A stretch of DNA of 64,000 nt from a virus (lineage: Duplodnaviria; Caudoviricetes): positions 1-64,000 of the IMG/VR virus record IMGVR_UViG_3300036987_000100, one strand, 5' to 3'. Below are positions 42,922 to 51,978 of the stretch, one piece after another; positions within the stretch are counted from its first letter, which is position 1, and every line of letters begins with the position of its first letter. A model generated the notes under the pieces. The model made no database searches. It was not told the DNA's origin and saw nothing but the letters and a program-made list of their open reading frames with translations. Made by a program: the position numbers and the translations under genes.

Positions 42922-45393
42922 TTACCGCTGTTGTGTGCTTGTCGTAGGAATTCCGGTTGTCGGCCCAGTACTCACTTGGGGTTTCGGGTTGCTAATTGTG
43001 TGGCTGACTGCAGGCTTTGCCAGCGGAGCACGCATCCCATTTTTCTGAGGACTCAAAACTTCCACCAAGTTTTTAACCACTCCAACCAGCTCTTCGTGCT
43101 GTTTTGCGGTTGTTGTTTTTTGGTCCGAATACCAGTCCGGCCGGTTCACCGCATCTCCTAGAAGTTCCACAGAGGCCGCAGCGGACTTATCAACCCTCGG
43201 GGTTCGATCTACTAGTTTAATTTTGGTGGTGCTTGCAGGGCTTGGCGCGTCATCCGCGTCCACGGGCGCAGGCTTCTCCTTGAAGTAGGAGGCCACCTTT
43301 GTGGCTCCAGCCAGTGCAACCTGCTCCGGGAACTGAAGGATTGCCTTGGCCGTTGCCTTCACCAAGGTTGCGAATAGCCGCATAAGCATGTCAGGTAGGG
43401 CGTTTGTTGCCATCTCAACTGCCTTGGAGAACGCGCTATTAATCCAAATACCGATGGACTCCCCAGTACTCCCTGACTTGTTGTTAGGGTCTATACTCAG
43501 GTCCTTAGTAAGCCCCTCCCAAAAGTCCATTCCGAATTTCTTAATTGGGTTATCTTTGGCCTCCCACCACTTCACCACTACCTGCCATTGCCGGTAAATC
43601 CACTTGCCAATAGCCTTGCCAGCCTCGTCAGAGTCGTTTGGGTTTGAACCCAAGTCCCCCGTAAGTCCAGACCAAAAGTCTCCGACAAATTTCTTCAAGT
43701 CTGCCCAGAGGGGGCCAAGCGTCGTCTGCATGGCCGTCCACACATTCCCGGCCAGTGTTTTGAAGCGCGACATCACCGGACCCATCGCGGTGAAAGTATC
43801 CAGAATGCGATCCCACCATTTCCTGAAAATTCCGCCCCATTTGCCGTCTCTACCTCCTCCAGAGAGGGCCTTATTCAAGGCGACTGACGCCGAGTTAATC
43901 CATCCCAAGATTTTCTTGGGCAGCTCCTCGAACCACTTTACGGCCCTATCCCCAACCCGCTTAAAGGCAATACCCATCCTGTCAAAAAACGGCAAGGAAG
44001 CCTTTGTGTTCTTAAAGGCGTTTCGCATCGCGACAGTGAATAGGGTGAACAGGCTTTCGATGCCGCTCAGGGGGTTGAGGATGCCCTTGAGAGTCTCGCC
44101 GAGCATCTTGAACATCCCGCCCATGGCGACAGCATCGCCCTGGAGGTCGTCAGGGAATAGCCCTACGAGCCCTTTTTGATTCAGGTCGATGAGGCTACGG
44201 GTCAAGTCACCGACCCCGCCTTCGCTCTTCGCGAGCCCTTGGATGTCCTTGCCGAGGGAGCTAAAGCTCTTGGAGGCGTCCGAAGCAAACTTAGAGGCGG
44301 TGTGGTTGGCGGCGCGGATTCCGGTGACAAACAGATCTTCCGACAACTTCAGGGACTCTGCAGCGGTACGGCCACTCTTCCACGCCTCTTCTCCGTACTT
44401 CTTGAGGGCTCCGGTGGCATTTTTGACTTTCTTGCCCGCCTCGTCGCTAGCTTCTGATGTCAACATTAGCATGTTGACGATTTCCTTGGAACGCTCTGGC
44501 CCGAAGGATTTCTGACTCTGGCCTTCAATCCAGGTCATCAGGTCCCCAATTTTTTTCTTATCCCCTTTCATGCCCTTCGTCAGGTTCTTCATGGTGTCCA
44601 TGAAGGCCTCGGGACCGTCACCCATGTTATTGAAGGCCGTTTGCACGTCCCCGGTTGTTAGTGCCAACCCCTTAAGGGACTCCGGGAGTTCGCTACCAAC
44701 GCCCACGGTGAGGTGCTTGAAAGCCTGGGCGGACTCCTGGAGTGTCGCAGCCAACCCGGTACCGAAGGCTCGGGCTGTGGCTGCGCTAGCCCCCGTTGCC
44801 TTCTGGAAGCTCACAGAAACTGAGTCTATTTGTTTAGAGAATTCCTCAATCCCCGTAACCGCCATACCCTGAGACAACAACGCCGAGCGCCTCTGAAGTA
44901 GCGCGGTACGTTCAGCGGCCTCCTTGAGAGAGCCAGATACGTCCCCCATGGCCTGACCGGCGGCGGTCATGGTGTCGAGGATGCTGGCACCTGCCTTTTT
45001 TGACATGCCCTGCATATTCGCGAGCTGCATTGAGCTGTCCGCAAATACCTGAGCCTGAACACCAGAAGCCTCTGAAATCTTCAGTAACGTCTTCTCTGAA
45101 TCGATTCCCGTAGCAACCATAACGGTCTTCATACGGTTGAATTGACCCGTGGCTTCTCCGGCCTGTTCAGCCGAGCGATTCATCGCTATTGCCATGTTTT
45201 GGGACTTCGCCGTGAAGTCCTTCAGGTCCTTACCAGTCTTGCCAAGGTTGGCCCCAAGGTTGGTAAGACTGACGTTGTCTTGTATGAGCTTGTGCTCAAA
45301 GGCCGTGGTGGGGTTACGGCCCTGCTCGGCCAACTGGCCAAGCTCTGTAGACACGCCCGCAATCCCCGCCGTGAACTTGGAGACGGAGGACAT
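42922..45393 (-). CDS. tape measure protein; may start at 45468
   Basis: Long Ala/Lys/Gly-rich helical ORF with W/F periodicity, upstream of the LysM and hub genes. Confidence 0.8.
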   Translation of the reverse strand: MSSVSKFTAGIAGVSTELGQLAEQGRNPTTAFEHKLIQDNVSLTNLGANLGKTGKDLKDFTAKSQNMAIAMNRSAEQAGEATGQFNRMKTVMVATGIDSEKTLLKISEASGVQAQVFADSSMQLANMQGMSKKAGASILDTMTAAGQAMGDVSGSLKEAAERTALLQRRSALLSQGMAVTGIEEFSKQIDSVSVSFQKATGASAATARAFGTGLAATLQESAQAFKHLTVGVGSELPESLKGLALTTGDVQTAFNNMGDGPEAFMDTMKNLTKGMKGDKKKIGDLMTWIEGQSQKSFGPERSKEIVNMLMLTSEASDEAGKKVKNATGALKKYGEEAWKSGRTAAESLKLSEDLFVTGIRAANHTASKFASDASKSFSSLGKDIQGLAKSEGGVGDLTRSLIDLNQKGLVGLFPDDLQGDAVAMGGMFKMLGETLKGILNPLSGIESLFTLFTVAMRNAFKNTKASLPFFDRMGIAFKRVGDRAVKWFEELPKKILGWINSASVALNKALSGGGRDGKWGGIFRKWWDRILDTFTAMGPVMSRFKTLAGNVWTAMQTTLGPLWADLKKFVGDFWSGLTGDLGSNPNDSDEAGKAIGKWIYRQWQVVVKWWEAKDNPIKKFGMDFWEGLTKDLSIDPNNKSGSTGESIGIWINSAFSKAVEMATNALPDMLMRLFATLVKATAKAILQFPEQVALAGATKVASYFKEKPAPVDADDAPSPASTTKIKLVDRTPRVDKSAAASVELLGDAVNRPDWYSDQKTTTAKQHEELVGVVKNLVEVLSPQKNGMRAPLAKPAVSHTISNPKPQVSTGPTTGIPTTSTQQR

Positions 45394-45482
45394 AGCGCTG
45401 TCAATAGCCTTAGTTAGGCCCGCGTCTTTACCACCGAAGCTAAATCCGAGGCCAAGAAAGTTTAACGTATACCCTGCCCTTG

Positions 45483-46520
45483 TTAAGCGCCCGTAGGCGA
45501 TTCCGTTACAAAGTCTTCCGTTCCCAAGGCGATCCTAAACTTTCGCAGGCATCGTAGCTCGATAGTTGTACCTTCGTAAACCCACTTCGCGAGTTCGCGC
45601 GAGTCCTCCGCCCGTAACCGCAATTGGTTACAGGAAAACAATTTTCCGTTTAACGGAGTCTGGTAGTGACTAAGCCGTGGCAACCATCCCTTCACCTCAA
45701 GTACCTCTTTGAAGTCTTGGGTGAAGCCGTCGCTAGCGCTGGCGTACCTCGCGTCTAGGTGCTCCCCCTTGCGGGTCCAGCCGCCATCGGAGTCCCACAA
45801 ACCCCTCACGAAGTGAGGGAGCATCTCCTCCGTGATTCCTTCGGGCCACCGCATCGTCCGCGCCTTGTTTCCGCCAGCCAGTCCGAACTTGGCCAAGTCC
45901 TCAATCATCGTCTTCGAGTACCAAGCCAGCTTCCAGCAGTTAAGCAGCTTGCCCTTCTGCTTCATCTGCTTTGGCTCTCGGTTGTGTCCTAGGTGCTGGG
46001 CCACCGCTTCAAGCACTTGCTTCGAGCCCGCCAAGTGGATGCCGTAGGAGTGCCCCTCAATAATCTGAACGTGTCCGTCTCCGAAGAGGAGACCAAGGAC
46101 CCAAGCGGATGCGGGCGTGAGCGTTTTGAAGAAGCGTGCGTTCAGCGTAGTAGCGCGGATCTTCCCTTCGTTGGCCGCCCGACGTACTGCAACAGCCTTC
46201 GGCCGCATTACCCCTGCCTGCGTAAGGTGAGTACGAACCAGCCTACCGGCTCTCCCGAACTTTGCACCCACCTCGTCCGACGATAATCCCTGCGCGTACA
46301 ACTCCACCATCTGCTGCGCTTCTGTCGGTGTCACCGCCCTTGCCGTGAGCTTCCGCGACTCCGTGACGCTGCGCGTGGGAATTTGGTACTTCTGAAACCA
46401 GTGATGAATGGTTCCCGGAGCCTTTCCATAGCGCTGTCCCAAAGTCACGAGGGTTTCCCCTTCGTTCCAGTAGGCGTTGTGCAAGGTCTGGGCGTCGACT
46501 TGAAGCATGGACCGCAGCAT
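45483..46520 (-). CDS. free-standing LAGLIDADG homing endonuclease with N-terminal HTH repeats
   Basis: WVLGLLFGDGHV and FVRGLWDSDGG. Confidence 0.9.
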   Translation of the reverse strand: MLRSMLQVDAQTLHNAYWNEGETLVTLGQRYGKAPGTIHHWFQKYQIPTRSVTESRKLTARAVTPTEAQQMVELYAQGLSSDEVGAKFGRAGRLVRTHLTQAGVMRPKAVAVRRAANEGKIRATTLNARFFKTLTPASAWVLGLLFGDGHVQIIEGHSYGIHLAGSKQVLEAVAQHLGHNREPKQMKQKGKLLNCWKLAWYSKTMIEDLAKFGLAGGNKARTMRWPEGITEEMLPHFVRGLWDSDGGWTRKGEHLDARYASASDGFTQDFKEVLEVKGWLPRLSHYQTPLNGKLFSCNQLRLRAEDSRELAKWVYEGTTIELRCLRKFRIALGTEDFVTESPTGA

Positions 46521-46544
46521 ACTTAACTTCTAACGTAGAAGCTA

Positions 46545-46560
46545 CCGACCATGTGGTCGC
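46545..46560. repeat. 16-bp palindrome copy 7 (CCGACCATGTGGTCGC)
   Basis: Read directly; 25 nt upstream of the ATG at 46520. Confidence 0.95.
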
Positions 46561-46562
46561 TT

Positions 46563-46970
46563 TTAGTCTCCGACTCCAATCACTACGACCTCCATGTCCA
46601 CAGTACCTGCATTTGTCACGAAAAGTGCCGTGAGGCCCGTGGTGCTCAGGAGCAAATGACCCTCCTTCGCGTCGCCCAATGGCGATACGACGATTGCCTC
46701 GCCGCCAGTGGTTTCGCGCTTAAATGTCAGCGCCACGGGCACTTGTGTTGGATCCTTGGCCGTTGTACGAATAATAATCAGCTTTGCGGTGGTAAGGTTC
46801 CCCAAGCCTACCGGCACATCTGTGGACGAGGCGGCAATCGTGCTTTTCCACGAGCCCCCCTCGCCTTGGGTGTCGGTCATCACTTCCCACACCTGACTGC
46901 CCAGGTCCTTCTCCTCCGCAGTGGTAGAAGAAACGTAGGCTGTAATCTTGTAGCGGATTCGAACGGCCAT
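46563..46970 (-). CDS. small structural-type protein
   Basis: AAGGAG upstream of ATG 46970. Confidence 0.7.
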   Translation of the reverse strand: MAVRIRYKITAYVSSTTAEEKDLGSQVWEVMTDTQGEGGSWKSTIAASSTDVPVGLGNLTTAKLIIIRTTAKDPTQVPVALTFKRETTGGEAIVVSPLGDAKEGHLLLSTTGLTALFVTNAGTVDMEVVVIGVGD

Positions 46971-47000
46971 CTGGAACTCCTTGGTTAGCCCAAACAAAAG

Positions 47001-47552
47001 TCAGAACGTGACACGAACGTACAGGAGAACCTGTTTTGTCGCGTCTTTTATGGTTTTGGGGAAAGTACCATACGCAACCATTAAGCGCGTACCACTGGCT
47101 CGGGTAAACTCGGGGTGGTCCGAAAACAGACCAATCTCCCAAATCTCTGGAGAACTGGTCCCATCGCTGTTGAAGTCGCCGAAGTCCAGCTCACAGCGGG
47201 CCTGCACCGTGTTTGTAGCGCTGTAGGTGAGGTCCCCGGGGTTGAAGGCTTTTTCAAAGGAGGGGATGCCTATCACGGGGTATCGTTGATCGAGGGGCAG
47301 CCGTGTCGGGTCGACCAGGATGTCTAAGTCCTGGGTGTCGTTTGGGGCAACAGCTACTTTCCGGAGGGTGGCATCCGGGGTGCGGGGGACAGTACCCACA
47401 TAGCCGCCCACGCCTACTCTGAAGTGGGTCAGCACCGGATTCCACACGGGCGTGGCGGGGTTTGTGGTGTCACTGATTCCCAGCAACCCGCCGAAAAATT
47501 GTGGGTAGTACTTCCGTGCGTCTTCCGTCACTGTGGCGATAATGATGGCCAT
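47001..47552 (-). CDS. tail collar / fibre-attachment-like protein
   Basis: EIWEIGLF...MVAYGTFPKTIKD...VRVTF C-terminal pattern. Confidence 0.6.
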   Translation of the reverse strand: MAIIIATVTEDARKYYPQFFGGLLGISDTTNPATPVWNPVLTHFRVGVGGYVGTVPRTPDATLRKVAVAPNDTQDLDILVDPTRLPLDQRYPVIGIPSFEKAFNPGDLTYSATNTVQARCELDFGDFNSDGTSSPEIWEIGLFSDHPEFTRASGTRLMVAYGTFPKTIKDATKQVLLYVRVTF

Positions 47553-47560
47553 ATTAGTTC

Positions 47561-50500
47561 CTAGGGCGTTGTAGTGGCGAGGATGCTGCCGTTATTGGCG
47601 TCACCGGCTACGGCAGCCCCATTAGTGTACTCGATGGTAGTAGCACTATACCCGGTAATTGGGAACGTACCGTTGTTTGCTGGCGTAGCTGCACCCGTTA
47701 TGACGATGTTCTGGCCGGTTACGTCAGTTGTTAAATCTGTGAAGCCCGACAGCGTCGCCGTGGGTCCGACGACCGGACCGATGGCTCCCGTGCTGAACGA
47801 GTAGTACGGCCCCTCGACGGCGGACAGGATTATATGGGAATCAATGGGGAATACGTCCCCCTCAACCATGTCATAGTAAGCTTGGAATGGGGCAACCAGC
47901 GGTAGTACTGATGTGGCTCCAGTCTCCACGCGCGCTTGAAGATTGAAACCAGCGCTGAGCGTAGAGACGAACAGCGGTATAGCCTGAACGTGAGCCGGAG
48001 TCACTTGTGCGACCCGACTAATCATTCGATTCAAAATAAGTTCGAGCGCCAAGAGGTCTTGGGCGTCGTTGAGGATGGTTGTAGGCTCAATCGTCAGCAG
48101 CACCTTGCTGGCGGCGCAGTAGTCACAACTGAAAATCGGGGTGCAGTCGTACGTCAGGACTATGGGTCCTTCGATTGGGGCAACAGCGGAGAATGCAGTT
48201 ACCGTCCAGTCGGATCCGGAGGCTACGGGGGCGCTCTCCAAGAAGAAGTCTACGCCGTTATCGTCAGTAATCCTCCAGTTGCCTCCTTGTGTGTCTAGCA
48301 CTGCGTTTAACGCACCGCTGACTGTAATGCCCCAGAGGTTCTCTGCGACTTGAGTTACGTTCGTGATGTTGAGGATTGCGTTGGTTTCTGTGACTGGCGC
48401 GAAAATACCGGTACCCGTGCCCTGCGGTGTTGCCACCACCAGCGCGAGGGCTGCGGGGTTACTCAGGAAGGCGGCCCTAACCTCGTTGGCCGTGGCTATG
48501 ATTGCGTCGTATTGCACCGTCACGTGATTTCCCGCGACAGTCACAAGTACCGGGCTGCCCGTAACGTCGCGGTGTGTGATGCGGACGCCGTAACCGCCGT
48601 CGGGTCCTGCGGTGTACTGGACCCTACCGTCCGGATCCGGGCTGTCTGCGCGGAAGGGGAGGAGCCCGTCCACGCTACTGTCGAAAGTGTCCTCCCAGCA
48701 GAATCTATCCAGGGCGAAGTGATCCTCCCCGCCCGCCAAGCTTGTAAACGCGTGGGCGCTTATCGGCCCCGACGCTCCGTTTTGAGGGATTGCAGCAATC
48801 AGTACGTTTGCGGCCGGGGTAGCCGCGAGCGCCAACTCCACCGCTGCCGCAGTAGCGCCTGCCTCATAGCTTATGGTGATGTCGAGGCCGGAAACCGTGA
48901 TGACGGGTAGTGCTAGCGGCCCCGGGACTTCCACGTGGGCTACTCGGATGTCGTTGCCGAGGACACCTCGAATGACAGAGGCGTAGAGAATGTCACCGTC
49001 AGCGGCGGCCCCGCTGAGGTAGGCGGTAGCCGTCGGGTTGATGAGTTGCCCGAGTAACTCCGGATCCAGGTCGTCGAACCGGGCTCGAAGCGGTGGTTTC
49101 GTCGTGTAGAGCCGCGTGAGGTTCCACTGCAGGCTGTCATTATTTGCCTCAGGAAGCGTTGCGGAGTCTACAACGCGGAACCTCACAGTTGTCGGAGAAA
49201 CGTACTGATCCACCGTGTACAACTTGTTGTTTTCGGCTACCGCCGCCCACTGGATGCGGACTTGAAGGCCAACATCTGCCGGACGGAACAACGCGGTGGG
49301 AGAGTAGAACTCAACCCTACCGCCGGAACCCAAGCTTAAGCGGCCGTCCCGCGTGCTGGGGTTTTCAGGATTGGGGCTGCTGCGCCCCAACGCATACTCC
49401 CCGGTTTCGTGGACGTACTCCCGGGGTATGGCAAGAGAGAAATCTTGCGAAATCCTGTAAAGCGCTTCTGGGGTGATGCCGAATCCAGAGATGGCTCCGA
49501 GGATGGAGTAGGCTTCTCCAATCCCCTTAATTCCAATCCACCTGGAGTTGTTCTTCACCCAACTGCGTTGGCGGTCCTCTGATTCCCGGATATCAATGTC
49601 AACTCCGTAGTCCCTTGCTAGGTACTGGAGCAACGAGGGTGCGCGTACCTGCACCTGTTGGTACGCAGGGCTTTCTACGTCTCCAGCAAGTCCCGTGGCA
49701 GGACGAAGTTCCCAAGCCAAAGGGCCTGCGTCTACCGCAAAGGGCTCCGGTATGTCTGCCAGCGCTGGATTTGCTATTTGGGGGACAACCCGCTGGGCTG
49801 CGGTGATGGAGGTGGTAGTGGAAGAGACTCCAACGATTTCTACGGTGCCATTGTTGGTGCCAGGTCCGCGAAGCGTCAGCAGCTTCCCTCGGTCCGGAGA
49901 CTCGTAGACCCACCGAATAGCGCCGTTGTTGGCGTCGGACGCCACGCCGTTGTTGTTGGTGTACTCCACCGAGGTGGCATTTATGTACTTGGTAATAGTA
50001 AATGGCGTAGCGCTGTTGTTGGGGGTGGTGGCACCTGAAATCTGTAGCCGGTGTCCAACGCAGCTCGGCTCCATTCCGGCCAGCCCCACAATAGTCATAG
50101 TCCGCACCGCATCCACTGTGACTGCGGTGGTGATGCTGGCCAAGCTCCCGGATAAGTCCGGAGAGAACTTACCCGATGGCATCCTAAGCTCTACTTGGTC
50201 CTCGGTGAGTGTAATCCACGAGATGGCGCCGTTGTTTGCGTCAGGCGCAACCGCGAGCGCATTGGTGTATTTGACTGAACTTGCAGAGATTAAAGCGGAG
50301 ATTCGAAAGGTACCGTTGTTGCTCGCCGTGGCAGCGCCAGAAATGGTGATGAAGCGGCCTACGTCGTCCAGGGACATGTCGTACAAACCAGTGACAGTCG
50401 CCTGCCCTCCGGCCACCGCAGTGATGCTTGCTGGTTTCGGGAGTGCCAGTGGGAGAGTTGGCGTCCCCTGTCTCGGCCCTACGGCGGTAATCTCTGCGTC

Positions 50501-51970
50501 GTACCCATGCTGCTCCAAGACGCCTCGAAGCCCTTGAACGCGACCCCGCAGCACAAGCTGGGGTCGAGGGAGCAGTGCCCAAGTCAGGGGGCCGGAATCC
50601 TCCTTAATTGGAGTGCCCGCGACCATGTGGTCGCTAGGCCCGACTCGCCGAATGACTGCGAGGCGGTACTCTAGCTCTACGGTGTATTGCCCGGCGCTCG
50701 ACCCCGAGGCCCCTCCGTACCCCGTCTCCAGCGTTAATGCAGTATCTGTAGTTACAGTGCGAATTCGTGCGTATGCGGTGTTCCCCTGAGAAGCCAGTTT
50801 GATGTACCCACCAGGGGCCACTTCTGACAAGAACAGGGTTCCCACGCCAGTTACCGCAGTGAGTCCGTTTGATACGCTAATAGTCCCCGTCAGCGCGACC
50901 GTGGCTCCGGAATACGAGACGTCTGCCGGACCCAGCCTCAGCACATTCTCTATTTCGTACTTGTCGTTGTTGGACTCCACCGCCGAGCCAGCAACAGTCA
51001 GTCGCTTCCCGATGTCACCAAGCGTGAATGAATCCGAAGCGAGCACGAATTGGTGGAACTCGTAGTGGGCGCTCCAAGCCTCAGAACTTCCACGGTAGCC
51101 CCCAGACAGCACCAAGGAAGTGTCAGACAGCACCTTCGCCACCTTGGTGTATGACGTGTCCGGCTGAGTGGAAATACGGAGGTACCCTCCGGGTGTCACT
51201 TCCGTCAGGAAGGCAGTGCCCGCACCAGTTACTGTCGTTTCCCCCGCAGTAACGGTAACAACACCCGTCAGGGCTCGGCTCGCGCCCGTAAGTATGCCTT
51301 CAGTCCCTTCCTTTTCAGTACGAGTCCCTAGTTGCGTGCGCGCAAGCACCTCGAACTCTGAGGAGCCGTCAAACAACGTCCAGCCCGGAGAAATGTTCGA
51401 TGCGTCTCCAAAGGTCGTCTCAACGACAGTCCTATCCCGGGGTTCAATAACCGCGTCCTGCAACTCCCACGTCAATGGCCCCGCGTCCACGCTCAATGGC
51501 GGCGAAATAACTGCCCTTGTCGGTACGGCCGGATCCACCTGCGCGATAGTGACGGTCAGGTTGTGTGCAGGATTAACCGAGCGGCGAATTTCCAGCACTT
51601 TGCCAGAATGCGATGGGCCAAACCGCGCCGAGGGGTCGATGAACTCCCCAAATGCAGTAATGCTTCCGTTTGTTCCCCGCTGGTGTACGCGCCCCTTGGC
51701 GACTACGCGCTTCCCGAGAGTAAGAAGCGTCTTTTCGTCGTACTGGCTGCGCGCGGCGCTTGGATCTCGCAACTCACCAAACTTTTGAATCTTGTGTCGT
51801 AACTTCTCCAGCGAAGGCCGCTCACCCTCTACCAGCTTGGCTAGTGGATAGCCTTGCTCGGCATCTTTCCTCTGATGCAGCTCCGGAAGCATTCGGTACA
51901 AGACTGTCCTGGACCAGTCAAAATGGCCCATGGGGAACCGACCAAACCGATTATGCCCGAAGCCACTCAA
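47561..51970 (-). CDS. large baseplate/tail protein (P2 gpI-like core plus repeats), 1469 aa
   Basis: LLQYLARDYGVDID...RQRSWV...IKG; VTPAHV; repeated G..I.I.GA....NNG.F.I modules. Confidence 0.75.
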   Translation of the reverse strand: MSGFGHNRFGRFPMGHFDWSRTVLYRMLPELHQRKDAEQGYPLAKLVEGERPSLEKLRHKIQKFGELRDPSAARSQYDEKTLLTLGKRVVAKGRVHQRGTNGSITAFGEFIDPSARFGPSHSGKVLEIRRSVNPAHNLTVTIAQVDPAVPTRAVISPPLSVDAGPLTWELQDAVIEPRDRTVVETTFGDASNISPGWTLFDGSSEFEVLARTQLGTRTEKEGTEGILTGASRALTGVVTVTAGETTVTGAGTAFLTEVTPGGYLRISTQPDTSYTKVAKVLSDTSLVLSGGYRGSSEAWSAHYEFHQFVLASDSFTLGDIGKRLTVAGSAVESNNDKYEIENVLRLGPADVSYSGATVALTGTISVSNGLTAVTGVGTLFLSEVAPGGYIKLASQGNTAYARIRTVTTDTALTLETGYGGASGSSAGQYTVELEYRLAVIRRVGPSDHMVAGTPIKEDSGPLTWALLPRPQLVLRGRVQGLRGVLEQHGYDAEITAVGPRQGTPTLPLALPKPASITAVAGGQATVTGLYDMSLDDVGRFITISGAATASNNGTFRISALISASSVKYTNALAVAPDANNGAISWITLTEDQVELRMPSGKFSPDLSGSLASITTAVTVDAVRTMTIVGLAGMEPSCVGHRLQISGATTPNNSATPFTITKYINATSVEYTNNNGVASDANNGAIRWVYESPDRGKLLTLRGPGTNNGTVEIVGVSSTTTSITAAQRVVPQIANPALADIPEPFAVDAGPLAWELRPATGLAGDVESPAYQQVQVRAPSLLQYLARDYGVDIDIRESEDRQRSWVKNNSRWIGIKGIGEAYSILGAISGFGITPEALYRISQDFSLAIPREYVHETGEYALGRSSPNPENPSTRDGRLSLGSGGRVEFYSPTALFRPADVGLQVRIQWAAVAENNKLYTVDQYVSPTTVRFRVVDSATLPEANNDSLQWNLTRLYTTKPPLRARFDDLDPELLGQLINPTATAYLSGAAADGDILYASVIRGVLGNDIRVAHVEVPGPLALPVITVSGLDITISYEAGATAAAVELALAATPAANVLIAAIPQNGASGPISAHAFTSLAGGEDHFALDRFCWEDTFDSSVDGLLPFRADSPDPDGRVQYTAGPDGGYGVRITHRDVTGSPVLVTVAGNHVTVQYDAIIATANEVRAAFLSNPAALALVVATPQGTGTGIFAPVTETNAILNITNVTQVAENLWGITVSGALNAVLDTQGGNWRITDDNGVDFFLESAPVASGSDWTVTAFSAVAPIEGPIVLTYDCTPIFSCDYCAASKVLLTIEPTTILNDAQDLLALELILNRMISRVAQVTPAHVQAIPLFVSTLSAGFNLQARVETGATSVLPLVAPFQAYYDMVEGDVFPIDSHIILSAVEGPYYSFSTGAIGPVVGPTATLSGFTDLTTDVTGQNIVITGAATPANNGTFPITGYSATTIEYTNGAAVAGDANNGSILATTTP
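50619..50634. repeat. 16-bp palindrome copy 8 (GCGACCATGTGGTCGC), intragenic
   Basis: Read directly; encodes SDHMVA. Confidence 0.95.
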
Positions 51971-51978
51971 GACCGCTC

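Noticed and set aside
39109-45393. Extracellular contractile injection system or T6SS interpretation of the baseplate genes
   Set aside because: The genes are contiguous and co-oriented with a full phage replication module, a long tape measure gene and fibre genes; no AAA ATPase or Tss genes were seen.
45468-46551. Group I intron splitting a tiny 5' exon (ATG GTC GGT) from the tape measure gene
   Set aside because: A U|...G| junction can be drawn, but the endonuclease ORF fills almost the whole interval and I found no P3/P7 core. The TACGTTA repeated at both ends does not restore the frame.
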